Part shown: piece by piece, positions 43,806 to 53,580 of the stretch | How positions within the stretch are numbered: the first letter of the stretch is position 1 | How the letters are laid out: each line of letters opens with the position of its first letter | Assembly: GCA_035649235.1 (NCBI GenBank) | Contig: DASRJX010000119.1 | Coordinates: 5,549 to 69,548, forward strand | DNA length: 64,000 nucleotides | DNA from: Candidatus Cryosericum sp. | GTDB lineage: Bacteria > Acidobacteriota > Polarisedimenticolia > Gp22-AA2 | Direction: 5' to 3' | Program-made: the position numbers and the translations under genes | The notes under the pieces: model-generated | The model's database searches: none | Seen by the model: only the letters and a program-made list of their open reading frames with translations | Told to the model about the DNA's origin: nothing

Positions 43806-44348
43806 ATTCGCATCGCGGTGTTCGGAGGGTCGGAGCCCCTGGACGGCAGTCCGGAGTACGCCGAGGCGGCCGAGATTGGACGGCTGCTGGCGCTCTCGGG
43901 CTTCACGGTCCTGAACGGCGGCTACGGAGGCGTCATGGAGGCCTCGGCGCGCGGCGCCCGCGCCGCCGGTGGCCGTAGTGTCGGGGTCACGACTCGCTCC
44001 TTCACCTTCCGCTCCGGAGCGAATCCGTTCGTCGACACCGAGATCTGCGAGCCGGACCTTTTCTCGCGGACGCAACGCCTGATCGAGGATGCCTCCGGAT
44101 TCATCATCCTGCCGGGCCGCTCGGGAACGCTCGCCGAGCTCGCCTTCCTCTGGGCGCTGCGCAAGGCGGACCTCCTCGGCCCCAAGCCGATCCTCCTGCT
44201 GGGCGGCATCTGGGAGGAGCTGCTGGGACACCTGCGCCGGCTCCGGCTGCTCGATCCCGTGGCCGACGAGGCCTCCCGGCTCGTCCGGAGCCCCCGCGAG
44301 GCGGTGGAGGCCCTGACGCGCGCCCTGCGAGCGCCGGCGACGGAATGA
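43806..44348 (+). CDS. LOG-family protein (cytokinin riboside 5'-monophosphate phosphoribohydrolase / Rossmann-fold lysine-decarboxylase-like)
   Basis: IAVFGGS, GGYGGVMEA and PGRSGTLAEL motifs. No ATG/GTG/TTG in frame upstream of the conserved N-terminus. Start taken at ATT 43806 (RBS GGGAGGAGGG 43793-43802); alternative start GTG 43818. Confidence 0.6.
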   Translation: MRIAVFGGSEPLDGSPEYAEAAEIGRLLALSGFTVLNGGYGGVMEASARGARAAGGRSVGVTTRSFTFRSGANPFVDTEICEPDLFSRTQRLIEDASGFIILPGRSGTLAELAFLWALRKADLLGPKPILLLGGIWEELLGHLRRLRLLDPVADEASRLVRSPREAVEALTRALRAPATE

Positions 44349-44508
44349 AGCCTCGCCGGGGGCGGTGCGCAGGCCGCGCCGCTCCTGTATGGCCTCGTTC
44401 GTCGACGCCAATCAGCCGGCGGAGACATGGGATCGCCGCGGCGAGGCGCCGGGAGTTCCGCAAGCGGCCGGTTGAAGAGCGCCGCCTTAGCCCCTATAAT
44501 CGCCCCCC

Positions 44509-45222
44509 TTGCATGGGTTCGATATGACCTCGGCGGATACTCCCAAGAGCCTGATCAGGGACTACTTCGAGACGATCGTCACGTGCGTAATCTTCGTCCT
44601 GTTCGCGCGCACGTTCGTCTTCCAGCAGTCCAAGATCCCAACGGGATCCATGATCCCGACGCTCCTGATCGGCGACTACATCATGGTGAACAAGTTCGTG
44701 TACGCGCAAGGGTCGGACGATGTGCCTCTGCTGGGCGCGGTGGAGCGCGCGCTGTTTCCGATGCGCGACGTGCGCCGCGGCGACATCGTCGTGTTCAAGT
44801 TCCCGGAGGAGCCCGAGAAGGACTACATCAAGCGCGTCGTCGGCCTGCCGGGCGAGACGGTCGAGATCCGCGATCGGCAGGTCTACATCGACGGCCAGCC
44901 GCTCGACGAGACCTACAAGATGCACCGCAACCCGCGCGGATTGAACATCGACCAGGACAACTATCCCGCCACCAAGGTCCCCCCCACCGCCTACTTCTGC
45001 ATGGGGGACAACCGCGACAACAGCCGCGACAGCCGATCGTGGGGCTTCGTGCCGCGCGATTTCGTGAAAGGCCGCGCCTTCATGATCTGGTGGTCCTATG
45101 ACGAGGACCGGGACGCCTACCTGAAGACGTCCGTCAGGGACCGCGTGCAGGGGATCTGGTCGAAGGTCAGCCACCTGTTCACGAAGTCCCGTTGGGATCG
45201 GACGTTCCGGATCATCCGCTGA
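44509..45222 (+). CDS. lepB: Signal peptidase I
   Basis: Catalytic Ser box GSMIPTL, Lys box KRVVGLPGE, and C-terminal GDNRDNSRDSR motif. Confidence 0.9.
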   Translation: MHGFDMTSADTPKSLIRDYFETIVTCVIFVLFARTFVFQQSKIPTGSMIPTLLIGDYIMVNKFVYAQGSDDVPLLGAVERALFPMRDVRRGDIVVFKFPEEPEKDYIKRVVGLPGETVEIRDRQVYIDGQPLDETYKMHRNPRGLNIDQDNYPATKVPPTAYFCMGDNRDNSRDSRSWGFVPRDFVKGRAFMIWWSYDEDRDAYLKTSVRDRVQGIWSKVSHLFTKSRWDRTFRIIR

Positions 45223-45736
45223 CCGAAGGGCGCGGGCGAGGAGCCCGACGCTCCGGCATCTCGGGGAGATCGACGGTGGCCGGAGCCGTACCCGCGCCAG
45301 CCCAGGGGCGCACGCTCGACCAGGGCCACTCCCTCGGCAGCCGCACCAGTCCCGCCAGAACCGGGCTCCGATGCAGCAGGTCGGCGCGCCGGGCAATCTG
45401 CTGCAGCCCCTGAAGCGCCGCCATCTGGTCCGCGTCCTGCCAGACCAGTCCGAGCCGGCCCCGCCGCCAGTTCCACTCGCGAGCGAAGCGCGCCTTGAGT
45501 CGTCTCACGATCACCTGGACCGAGCGCGGGTCGCCATCCGGCGTGGCGACGATCAGCCGCACGCGGTCCGGCAGCACCACGAAGGCGTGCAGGTGAAACG
45601 CCAGACGCCGGCGCAGGTGCCCGAGGACGCGGCAGAAGAGGCGCGCGGCCTCGGCGTCGCCGAGCACCGGACGGTCACCGTAGGTCCAGAGCGTCAGCAG
45701 GTAGGCGCACTTCTCTCCCGATGCTCCACGCATCAT
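45212..45736 (-). CDS. IS200/RAYT (TnpA_REP)-like Y1 transposase homolog with substituted HuH and catalytic-Tyr positions (probable domesticated or inactive copy)
   Basis: Fold-level pattern ...AFVVLPDRVRLIV... (HuH position reads R-V-R) and ...GLVWQDADQ...VLAGLV..P.EWPWSS (Tyr position reads D). Converges on and overlaps the lepB 3' end by 11 nt. Confidence 0.5.
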   Translation of the reverse strand: MMRGASGEKCAYLLTLWTYGDRPVLGDAEAARLFCRVLGHLRRRLAFHLHAFVVLPDRVRLIVATPDGDPRSVQVIVRRLKARFAREWNWRRGRLGLVWQDADQMAALQGLQQIARRADLLHRSPVLAGLVRLPREWPWSSVRPWAGAGTAPATVDLPEMPERRAPRPRPSVSG

Positions 45737-45913
45737 CTCCTCCCGTACGGCTCTCGCCCCGTCGTGACGCGGCGGTCGGGCCCGGTGGAGTGCAAGAGCG
45801 GTGCGAGGAGACACGACGCTGCGCCGTGGCGGGATAGAAGCCGGCGGGGCATGGCGGACGTTCGCCCGTGGTCACGACAAGGACTGTGATGGACGCGGAA
45901 GGACTGTGCTGCC

Positions 45914-46174
45914 TCAGCGGCGCGCGCTCTCGTCGAGCGCATCCTCGAGGATGGTTCGCGCAGCGTCGGCGGCGCGGAACCAGGAGTCGCTCAGCCGGGC
46001 GGGCGCCTCGCGGGCGGCCCGCTCCACGGATCGCGCAGCCTTCTTCACGCGCTCGCGGTTCCGGCGCCCCGATTCGGGCGCGGTCAGGTAGGCGATGATC
46101 GCCCCCGCGGCCGCGCCGGCGAGGAAAGCGACGAGGATATGTGAGCCCTTGAACCCTCCGCCCTCAGTGGCCAT
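45914..46174 (-). CDS. YtxH-like small membrane-associated protein
   Basis: ATG 46174. GFKGSHILVAFLAGAAAGAIIAYLTAPESGRRNRE matches the YtxH pattern. Confidence 0.5.
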   Translation of the reverse strand: MATEGGGFKGSHILVAFLAGAAAGAIIAYLTAPESGRRNRERVKKAARSVERAAREAPARLSDSWFRAADAARTILEDALDESARR

Positions 46175-46649
46175 CGAGCGACTCCTCGGAGGCGCGCATG
46201 GAGGGGACCGGAGCGCCTCCTCCCGCATCGGCTTCCTCGTCCGCGGCGTCGCCCTCGGATTCCTGGCCGGCGTCCCCGTCTCCGGACCGACCACGCCTCG
46301 CCGTGAAGGCGCCCAGACCGGCGAGCAGGGCAGGCCCCACGGCACCCAGCACGGTCCCTGCAATCTGAAGGGAGCGTCGCAGGTTCTGCAACGTCTGGCC
46401 GAGGCTCGCGGCGGAGTCGAAGAGCGGCTTGAGCCGCTCCCCTTCCCCTTCCAGAGTGACACCGATCCGGTTCATGCGGGCCGCTGTCTCCGACAACTCC
46501 CGCAGGGCGTGCTCCAGGCGGGGCGCGGTTGTGTCCGCGAACTGCTTGACGCTCTTGAGCGTCTGGACGGCGTGATAGAAGACGGGCAGCAGGGCGCCGA
46601 CCAGAACGGCCAGCAGGACGAGTCCTATGACGACCGCTGCATCCTGCAT
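46164..46649 (-). CDS. DUF948-like membrane-anchored coiled-coil protein
   Basis: N-terminal TM (VVIGLVLLAVLVGALL), helical region, acidic tail. Stop overlaps the ytxH-like start. Confidence 0.55.
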   Translation of the reverse strand: MQDAAVVIGLVLLAVLVGALLPVFYHAVQTLKSVKQFADTTAPRLEHALRELSETAARMNRIGVTLEGEGERLKPLFDSAASLGQTLQNLRRSLQIAGTVLGAVGPALLAGLGAFTARRGRSGDGDAGQESEGDAADEEADAGGGAPVPSMRASEESLDGH

Positions 46650-46703
46650 TGTGGTCCTCCCTTCCGTTACTGTAACAGAAAGCCGCCTGCGACGGTCACG
46701 CGC

Positions 46704-48326
46704 CTACCCTGACCCTGGGAGCCGGATGAGATCGGGAGCCGGGGCGCCGGGCGCCACGATCGAATGCCGGCCGCGGCCGGGCTGGGGCCGGGGAAAGTCG
46801 GATCGGAAATGGCTCCCCCTGCTCTCCTCGCGTCGCAGAGCGCACTCGGCGATCAGCCGCCCGGCGAACAGCATGTTGCGCGCTTCCAGTCCGGCGCGGG
46901 ACGGAGGACCCGCCGCCAAATTCTCCTCGAGCCCGAGGATCGCCGACGCCGCCCGCTGCAGGCCCAAAGCGTCGCGCACGATGCCGGCCTGCTGCCACAT
47001 GATCTCCTTCAGCGCCGCAATGGTTGCAGGGGCCGCGGCCTCCGGAATCGTCCGAACGACGGGGTCGGAGTCGCCGGCTGGACCCGTAGTCAGGGGGCCC
47101 GAGGCGTCCGGCCGGGTTGACGGGCCCGGCCCCGCCGGTCGGTCGGCCAGGACTGCCTGCCCGGCGCGGGCGCCGAAGACCAGGCCCTCCAGCAGCGAGT
47201 TGCTGGCCAGCCGGTTGGCGCCGTGCACGCCGTTGCAGGCCACCTCGCCGGCCGCGTACAGGCCCGGGATCGAAGTTCTCCCCCAGGTGTCGGTCCGCAC
47301 GCCCCCCATCATGAAGTGGGCGCAGGGCGAGACCGGCAGGCGGTCCCGGCCAATGTCGAGGCCGTGGCGCGCACAGGTGGCGGCGATGGTCGGGAATCGG
47401 CGGCGGACGAACTCGGGCTCGCAGGCGCTCATATCGAGGAACACGCACGGATGTCCGCTGCGCCGGATCTCCTCGGTGATGCCGCGCGCCACGATGTCCC
47501 GCGGGGCCAGGTCCCCACGCGGATCGATCGCGGCCATGAAGCCCTCCCCGCGGGCATTCAGCAGCCGGCCCCCCTCGCCGCGCATCGCCTCCGACAGGAG
47601 GAAGCGCGGCACCCCCGGCAGAAACAGGGCCGTCGGATGGAACTGGACGAACTCCAGGTCCATCATCTCGGCCCCTGCACGATAGGCCATGGTCAGTCCG
47701 TCGCCGGTGGCCTGGGGCGGGTTGGTGGTCTCGCGATAGATCTGTCCGGCGCCTCCGGTCGCGAGCAGCACGGCCCGGGCTGGCATCAGCAGGGTCCTGC
47801 CGCTCCGCTCGTCGAGGGCTGCGAGCCCGACGCAGCATCCTCCCTGCATGAGGATGTCGATGGAGAAGAGCCGCGGCAGGAGCTCGATCCCCGGCGTGCC
47901 CTTGGCCTTCTCGACCAGGGCGCGGACGATCTCGCGCCCGGTCGAGTCGCCCTGGGCGTGCAGGATGCGGCGCTTGCTGTGGGCCGCCTCGCGCGCCAGG
48001 GCCAGCCGGGCCCCCTCGCGGTCGAAACGGGCCCCCCACTCGATCAGCTCCAGGGCCCGGGCGGGCCCCTCCTCGACGAGGATGCGCACCGCGCCTTCGC
48101 TGCACAGTCCGTCTCCGGCCCGCAGTGTGTCCTCGTAATGGAGCGCCACCTCGTCGTCATCCGAGAGGACCGCGGCCAGCCCCCCCTGGGCCTTGTCGGA
48201 CGAGGAGTCCGTCGGGCCGTCCTTGGTGAGGATGCCGACGCGCCCGCCGCTCCGGGCGATCTCCACGGCGGCACGCAGGCCGGCGATGCCGCTTCCGACG
48301 ACGAGCGCTCCGAAGACCGGTGTCAT
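46704..48326 (-). CDS. nadB: L-aspartate oxidase
   Basis: FAD motif VVGSGIAGL, succinate-dehydrogenase/fumarate-reductase flavoprotein family core (HYxMGG, RxSxGSHFRxDFP C-terminus). 540 aa. Confidence 0.9.
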   Translation of the reverse strand: MTPVFGALVVGSGIAGLRAAVEIARSGGRVGILTKDGPTDSSSDKAQGGLAAVLSDDDEVALHYEDTLRAGDGLCSEGAVRILVEEGPARALELIEWGARFDREGARLALAREAAHSKRRILHAQGDSTGREIVRALVEKAKGTPGIELLPRLFSIDILMQGGCCVGLAALDERSGRTLLMPARAVLLATGGAGQIYRETTNPPQATGDGLTMAYRAGAEMMDLEFVQFHPTALFLPGVPRFLLSEAMRGEGGRLLNARGEGFMAAIDPRGDLAPRDIVARGITEEIRRSGHPCVFLDMSACEPEFVRRRFPTIAATCARHGLDIGRDRLPVSPCAHFMMGGVRTDTWGRTSIPGLYAAGEVACNGVHGANRLASNSLLEGLVFGARAGQAVLADRPAGPGPSTRPDASGPLTTGPAGDSDPVVRTIPEAAAPATIAALKEIMWQQAGIVRDALGLQRAASAILGLEENLAAGPPSRAGLEARNMLFAGRLIAECALRREESRGSHFRSDFPRPQPGRGRHSIVAPGAPAPDLIRLPGSG

Positions 48327-48451
48327 GGATCGACAGTCTAATCCGCCCGGCGTTCCTTGACAGCCCGGGTGAGCGTCCCTATCATGCACCCTCCCGAGGC
48401 CCCGCGCGCGGCACAGCACGGCGGCCCCGAGAGAGGTCGTCCCGGCCCGCG

Positions 48452-50152
48452 ATGCAGGACGCTCAACCCACGCAACCGATCGCCAGCGTGTTCACGCCGC
48501 GGCTCGTCGCCCGCCTGCATCGCGAGGGTTTCGACGGCTCGTTGCGCTTCAGCGCGGAAGGGACGACCCGGGTCGTTTACTTCCGGAACGGCGAGATCGC
48601 CTCCGCCGCCAGCAACGCCGAGGCGGATCGCCTGCCCAGCATCCTCCTGGGTGACGGACGCCTGACGGAGCCGCAGCTCGAGATGGCGCGCTCGCGGCTC
48701 CAGCCCGGCGTCTCGCTGGGCAAGATGCTGATCGAGATGGGGTTCCTGACCCCCTCGGAGCTGCTCCAGGGGGCCCGACGGCAGGTCCGCCAGATCCTGG
48801 CAGCCTGCTTCGCGCTGCACGAGGGCGCGTACCAGATCAGCCCCGGTCCGCTGCCGCGCGAGATCACGGTCCTCGGACTGCCGGCCCGCCGTCTGATCTT
48901 CGACGCTCTCATGGAATCCGGCGACCGGCAGGCGATCGTGCGCGAGATGGGGTCGATGGAGTCGGTCTACCGCCCCACCGATGCCTTCCGGGAGGGACTG
49001 TCCGCCCTCCGGCTCGAGACCTCGACGGAGCAGGTGGGACTGACCGTCGATGGGCAGCGGACCTTGCGCGAGATCAGCGGCCAGACCTCGTTGGACGACT
49101 TCACCGTCAGCAAGGTCGTCCTGGCGCTCGAGATCCTGGGTCTGGTGGAGGCCGCGCCGTCCGCCGCCTCCGCAGTCTCCCGGGGGAGGTTGATCCCGGT
49201 CGAAGCGGACTTGCCGCCCGACGCGCATCCCGCTCCGGACGCCCGGATCCAGGAGCCGGAGGTCGTGCCAGCGCCTCCATTGGAGCCGGAGAGCCCGGCG
49301 GCCCTGGCGCCGCCGCCCGCTCCCCAGGCTCAAGAGGAAGCCGAAGACCTGCCGCCCCCCTTCCCTCCGGGGGAGCTGCCCGCTTTCGCGATCCCGCCCG
49401 GCGCAGCGCCGGAGTGGCGTCTCAATCCCCAGACCGGAGAGAAGACGATGGCCGGACCGGTCGAGATGACGTTCGACGGCCAGGTCGGGCCCGCGACGAA
49501 CCGTCCGTCGGCCGCGAGGCGCTGGGCAGCCGTCGCCTCCGTGGCGGCGGTCGTGCTGATGGCGGCGCTCGCGGCCAGCCTGCTGCGCAACAGGCGACCG
49601 GCCCTGCAGGAGGCCGTGGCCGGGTCCACGGCCGAGCCCAAACCCGCCGAGGCAACGACCCCGGCTCCCGTCGAGGCAGGAGAAGTCGACACGCTGAAGG
49701 CGCCCTCTCCCCCCGCTCCGGCGCAGCCGGCGCCCGCTGCGGACCTTGCCGGCGACTCCGCAGAGCACCTTCCTCCCAGGTCCGGAGCGCGGCCCGGGCA
49801 GGAGCGGTTCGCCGACGCCTACCGCCTGATCGAAGAGGGGCGGGTCGCCGCGGGAGCCGATGCGTTTCGTGCCCTGGTGAGAGAAGGCGACCCGGATCGC
49901 TTCACCTTGCAGGTCCTGATCGCCTGCGAACCGGCCACGGTGCAGAAAGCGCTCGCCGCCACGCGCGCGGCGGGCGATCTCATCGTCGTGCCCTTCCCGC
50001 TCCAGGGACGGACCTGCTTCCGCGCCTGCTGGGGCGTGTACGACAGCAAGGAGGCCGCATACGCCGCGGCGTCGTCCGTCCCCGCCTATTTCGCCGAGGG
50101 AGCCCAGAAGCCGGTCGTCGTCTCGCTGGCTCGGCTCGCTCCGCGGTCCTAG
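48452..50152 (+). CDS. PATAN (DUF4388) domain protein with TM segment and C-terminal SPOR-like peptidoglycan-binding domain
   Basis: N-terminus ...FDGSLRFSAEGTTRVVYFRNGEIASAAS... (DUF4388 pattern). Pro-rich linker, TM (AAVASVAAVVLMAALAASLL). C-terminus FTLQVLIACEPATVQKALAA...GRTCFRACWGVYDSKEAAYAAASSVPAYF is SPOR-like. Confidence 0.6.
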   Translation: MQDAQPTQPIASVFTPRLVARLHREGFDGSLRFSAEGTTRVVYFRNGEIASAASNAEADRLPSILLGDGRLTEPQLEMARSRLQPGVSLGKMLIEMGFLTPSELLQGARRQVRQILAACFALHEGAYQISPGPLPREITVLGLPARRLIFDALMESGDRQAIVREMGSMESVYRPTDAFREGLSALRLETSTEQVGLTVDGQRTLREISGQTSLDDFTVSKVVLALEILGLVEAAPSAASAVSRGRLIPVEADLPPDAHPAPDARIQEPEVVPAPPLEPESPAALAPPPAPQAQEEAEDLPPPFPPGELPAFAIPPGAAPEWRLNPQTGEKTMAGPVEMTFDGQVGPATNRPSAARRWAAVASVAAVVLMAALAASLLRNRRPALQEAVAGSTAEPKPAEATTPAPVEAGEVDTLKAPSPPAPAQPAPAADLAGDSAEHLPPRSGARPGQERFADAYRLIEEGRVAAGADAFRALVREGDPDRFTLQVLIACEPATVQKALAATRAAGDLIVVPFPLQGRTCFRACWGVYDSKEAAYAAASSVPAYFAEGAQKPVVVSLARLAPRS

Positions 50153-50153
50153 G

Positions 50154-51605
50154 ATGCCGGGCCGCCACGTCCGGGGCGGCTGGCCGGCCGGACTCGCCGC
50201 CTGCGCCACGGCGCTCCTGGCTCAATCGCTCTCTCCCGCCGTCGCCGACATCGTCCATCTCAAGAACGGAGGGACGATCGTCTGCGACCGCATCGAGGAG
50301 CGCGGCGAGAACCTCGTCGTGCATCAAGGCCAGGGAACGATAGTCGTTCCCCGCCGCGACGTCGCCCGGATCGAGGCGGTCCCGTCCCCGCCGTCCTCGA
50401 AGTCCGCCCGCGCGCCGGGCGGCGCCGGGCCGGACCGGAGGGGCGGGGCGGCACGGCAGCCAGCGGACTCATCCGGCAGAGCCCCGCAGTCACCCCCCTT
50501 CGATCGGGCGGAGACCGTCCGGCGTCTGGAGGAGCTGAAGGCCCGGATGCAGCAGTTCCCCCTGGCCCGGGAGGAGAACCGGGCCCAGGTCGTCGCCCTG
50601 CTCTGTCGGCTGGGAGGAGAGGATCTCAAGCAAGGCCACGCCGGCGAGGCGCGTCGACGCTTCGAGGAGGCCCTCCAGTACGACGATCACAGCATTCCCG
50701 CCCGGGGAGGGCTGGCCGCGGCGTATCTGCACGAGGGCCGGGACGCGTTCGCCCGCTCGGTTCTCGAGCGGGCGCTCCTGGACGCACCCCACGATCCGGA
50801 TCTGCTCTTCCTGCTCGGCGCGGTGGCCCAGAAACAGGACCGCCAGGACGAGGCGCTCGCCGCCTGGGAGAAGTCCCTGGCCGTCCGGCCGGATCCTCTG
50901 CTGCGCGAGCGGATGGAGACGCTGCGGCGCCAGCAGTCCGTCGAACAGGGCTACCGGCGGACCGAAGGCGCGCACTTCATCCTGCGCTACGACGGCGAGC
51001 GGATCTCGCCAGAACTCGAGGCGGCGATCCTCGGCGAGCTCGAGAGCCGGTTCCCCGATCTGGTCCGGCAGTTCGACCACGACCTATCCCTGCCAATCGC
51101 GGTCGTCGTCTATCCCGGACAGGCCTTCTACGAGGCGACTCAAGCCGATGCCAACGTCGCCGGCCTCTACGACGGCAAGATCCGCCTGCCGGCCGGGGGC
51201 CTGCGCGATCTGAACCGCGAGGTCCGCGCCGTCCTCCTGCACGAGCTGGCGCACGCTTTCATCACGGACAAGAGCGGCGGTCGCGCCCCGCGCTGGCTGC
51301 AGGAGGGTCTGGCCCAATGGATCGAGGGGCGACGCACGACGGTCGCGACCGCGCGCCAGCTGGCGCGGGACTGGCAGGACGACAGCGCCGGCCCGGCGTG
51401 GGGATCGACCTTCACCTACGCCTCCGCTCTTTCGTTCGTTGAATTCCTCCTCGATCGCGAAGGGTTCCACGGACTGAACCTCGTCCTGCTCGAGATGGGT
51501 CGCGGCAGCGACTCCGATGAGGCGGTCCGGACCGCCACCCGGTTCACCCTCCCCGAGTTGCTGCGCCTCTGGGGCGAGGACCTGGCCCGCCGTCACTTGC
51601 AATAA
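50154..51605 (+). CDS. TPR-repeat protein with peptidase_MA-like HExxH...EGLA domain
   Basis: Signal sequence, TPR units, LLHELAHAF...WLQEGLAQW motif. Confidence 0.55.
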   Translation: MPGRHVRGGWPAGLAACATALLAQSLSPAVADIVHLKNGGTIVCDRIEERGENLVVHQGQGTIVVPRRDVARIEAVPSPPSSKSARAPGGAGPDRRGGAARQPADSSGRAPQSPPFDRAETVRRLEELKARMQQFPLAREENRAQVVALLCRLGGEDLKQGHAGEARRRFEEALQYDDHSIPARGGLAAAYLHEGRDAFARSVLERALLDAPHDPDLLFLLGAVAQKQDRQDEALAAWEKSLAVRPDPLLRERMETLRRQQSVEQGYRRTEGAHFILRYDGERISPELEAAILGELESRFPDLVRQFDHDLSLPIAVVVYPGQAFYEATQADANVAGLYDGKIRLPAGGLRDLNREVRAVLLHELAHAFITDKSGGRAPRWLQEGLAQWIEGRRTTVATARQLARDWQDDSAGPAWGSTFTYASALSFVEFLLDREGFHGLNLVLLEMGRGSDSDEAVRTATRFTLPELLRLWGEDLARRHLQ

Positions 51606-51688
51606 CGTTGTCCGCGCACCAAGTTATAGCGAGATCCGATCCGGCCGCCCCGGCCCGTAGGCGTGCGGCTGATGGAGGGCTCTCTGGC

Positions 51689-53506
51689 ATGCAAGGAAGC
51701 CTGGCTCGCAGATCACCCGCCGACGTGCTGAGCGACGCGCAGCGGAATCGAACCTCGGGCGTCCTGACCTTCCGTCTCGATCCGATCAGCCGGCAGATCC
51801 ATCTCGAGGCGGGAGTGCACATCCGGTTCGCCGCCAGCAACCATCCCGCCGAGAGCCTGACGAGCTGGTTCCTGGAACGTGGCGGCGTGGCGGAGGAGCA
51901 GCTGCGGCAGGCCGCTTTGGAGAAGCGGCCGGAGGAATTCCTGGGCTCGACGCTGCTGCGGCTCGGACTCGTCACCCCGGAGGACCTGGTCGAGCTGACC
52001 GAAATGCACATCCGCAGGATCGCCCGCGCCGCGATGCGGATGGGAGGCGCCGCCTACCAGTTCCAGGAGGGTGGCACGCCGCTTCGCGATCCGATGATCG
52101 GCGGAGTCCTGACCGCCGAGGTCCTCCTCGAGTGGACGCGCGAGATCAACAATCCGGACTGGATCCGCGGGCGCCTCGGATCTCCCGACAGCCGCATCCA
52201 GCGCGGAGCCCGCCCTCCGGACGGCTACCAGAGGATCCGGCTGGACCCGGCGGAGGGGTACATCATGTCGCGGGTCGACGGCGTCGCCACCATCCGCGAG
52301 ATCTGCATGGTGAGCCCCATGGGGGACGACAAGACGCTCGCCGCCCTGCTCGGTCTGTCCCTGGCGGGCATCCTCGAGATGCCCGGCGGAGCCACGGAGC
52401 AACCGGGGCCCGCGGCACGCCCCGAGCTTCCCCCCGTTGACGCCGCCGGCTCCTCGCAGAGCAGCCGGTCGCCATCGCCTCCGAAGCCGCCGGCAGTCAA
52501 GCCTTCGGTGCCGACGCAGGCCGCTGCCAAGCCGATCGTTCTTCCGTCACCGACGGCGTCCGCCAAGCCTCCCGCGCCCTCTGTGCCCGCGGCGAGCAAG
52601 GCCCCGCCGCCGGCCGCCGCCAGACCGGGCAGTCCCCAGGCCGCCCCGGCCTTCCAGCCTCCCGGCGCTGCTCGCCCGGGGCCGATCGGTCTCGTCCCCA
52701 AGGCCCGCATCCCCCTCGGAGGCGCCGGCCGGGGCTTGAGGCCCGTCCGGAGGCCGGGCGCCGCGATCCCGAAGCCCCTGCGGCCAGCGATCAAGCCGGC
52801 GGCCGAGACCGTCGTGGACGTGGAGACGGAGATGCTCCGCCGCTTCCGCGACATCCACACGCTCGACCTCTACCAGGTCCTCGACGTCGCTCCGGTCGCC
52901 ACGATGGACATGATCCGCCGCTCGTACTACGCCCTGGCGCGCCGCCTGCACCCCGACACCTTCCATCGCGAGGATCTGAAATCGAAGGCGGAAAAGGTCT
53001 TCGGCCGGATCACCGAGGCCTATGCCACCTTGTCCCACCCCACTACACGGGAGAAGTACGACGAGGAGCGGCAGGCGCGCGGCAGCCAAACGGAGGACAA
53101 GTCGGCCGACGCGACAGCGGTGGCCCGGATGAACTTCAAGCACGGCCGGGAGCATTTCGAGCACGGCCGGCTGTCGGAAGCGCTCTCGTTCCTCCAGAAC
53201 GCCTGCCAGCAGGATCCGACCCGGGCCGAGTACTTCGAGTACCTGGGCATGGCCCAGACGAAGAACCCACGCCTCCGCAAGCAAGCGGAGGAGAGCCTTC
53301 TCAAGGCCATCGAGCTGGCGCCGATGAGCGCCAGCTCGCACGCGCTCCTCGGGCAGCTGTACGAACGCGCCGGAGTCATGGACAGGGCGCGCGCCATGTA
53401 CCGCAAGGCGCTCGAGTGGGACCCCACCAACGAGACGGCACTGGCCGGGCTCGAATCCGAAGGCTCGACCCGCAAGGGAATCCTCGGGCTGTTCTCCCGC
53501 AAGTGA
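51689..53506 (+). CDS. PATAN (DUF4388) - Pro-rich linker - DnaJ (J-domain) - TPR multidomain protein
   Basis: DUF4388 pattern (...TSGVLTFRLDPISRQIHLEAGVHIRFAASN...). J domain with HPD (DLYQVLDV...RRLHPDTF). C-terminal TPRs. Confidence 0.65.
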   Translation: MQGSLARRSPADVLSDAQRNRTSGVLTFRLDPISRQIHLEAGVHIRFAASNHPAESLTSWFLERGGVAEEQLRQAALEKRPEEFLGSTLLRLGLVTPEDLVELTEMHIRRIARAAMRMGGAAYQFQEGGTPLRDPMIGGVLTAEVLLEWTREINNPDWIRGRLGSPDSRIQRGARPPDGYQRIRLDPAEGYIMSRVDGVATIREICMVSPMGDDKTLAALLGLSLAGILEMPGGATEQPGPAARPELPPVDAAGSSQSSRSPSPPKPPAVKPSVPTQAAAKPIVLPSPTASAKPPAPSVPAASKAPPPAAARPGSPQAAPAFQPPGAARPGPIGLVPKARIPLGGAGRGLRPVRRPGAAIPKPLRPAIKPAAETVVDVETEMLRRFRDIHTLDLYQVLDVAPVATMDMIRRSYYALARRLHPDTFHREDLKSKAEKVFGRITEAYATLSHPTTREKYDEERQARGSQTEDKSADATAVARMNFKHGREHFEHGRLSEALSFLQNACQQDPTRAEYFEYLGMAQTKNPRLRKQAEESLLKAIELAPMSASSHALLGQLYERAGVMDRARAMYRKALEWDPTNETALAGLESEGSTRKGILGLFSRK

Positions 53507-53580
53507 CGCACGGGCCACGCGCCACGGGCGTTGATATTTCTCGGGCGGGCCCCTAGATTCCGTTTCGGAGCGAGCGCGCG

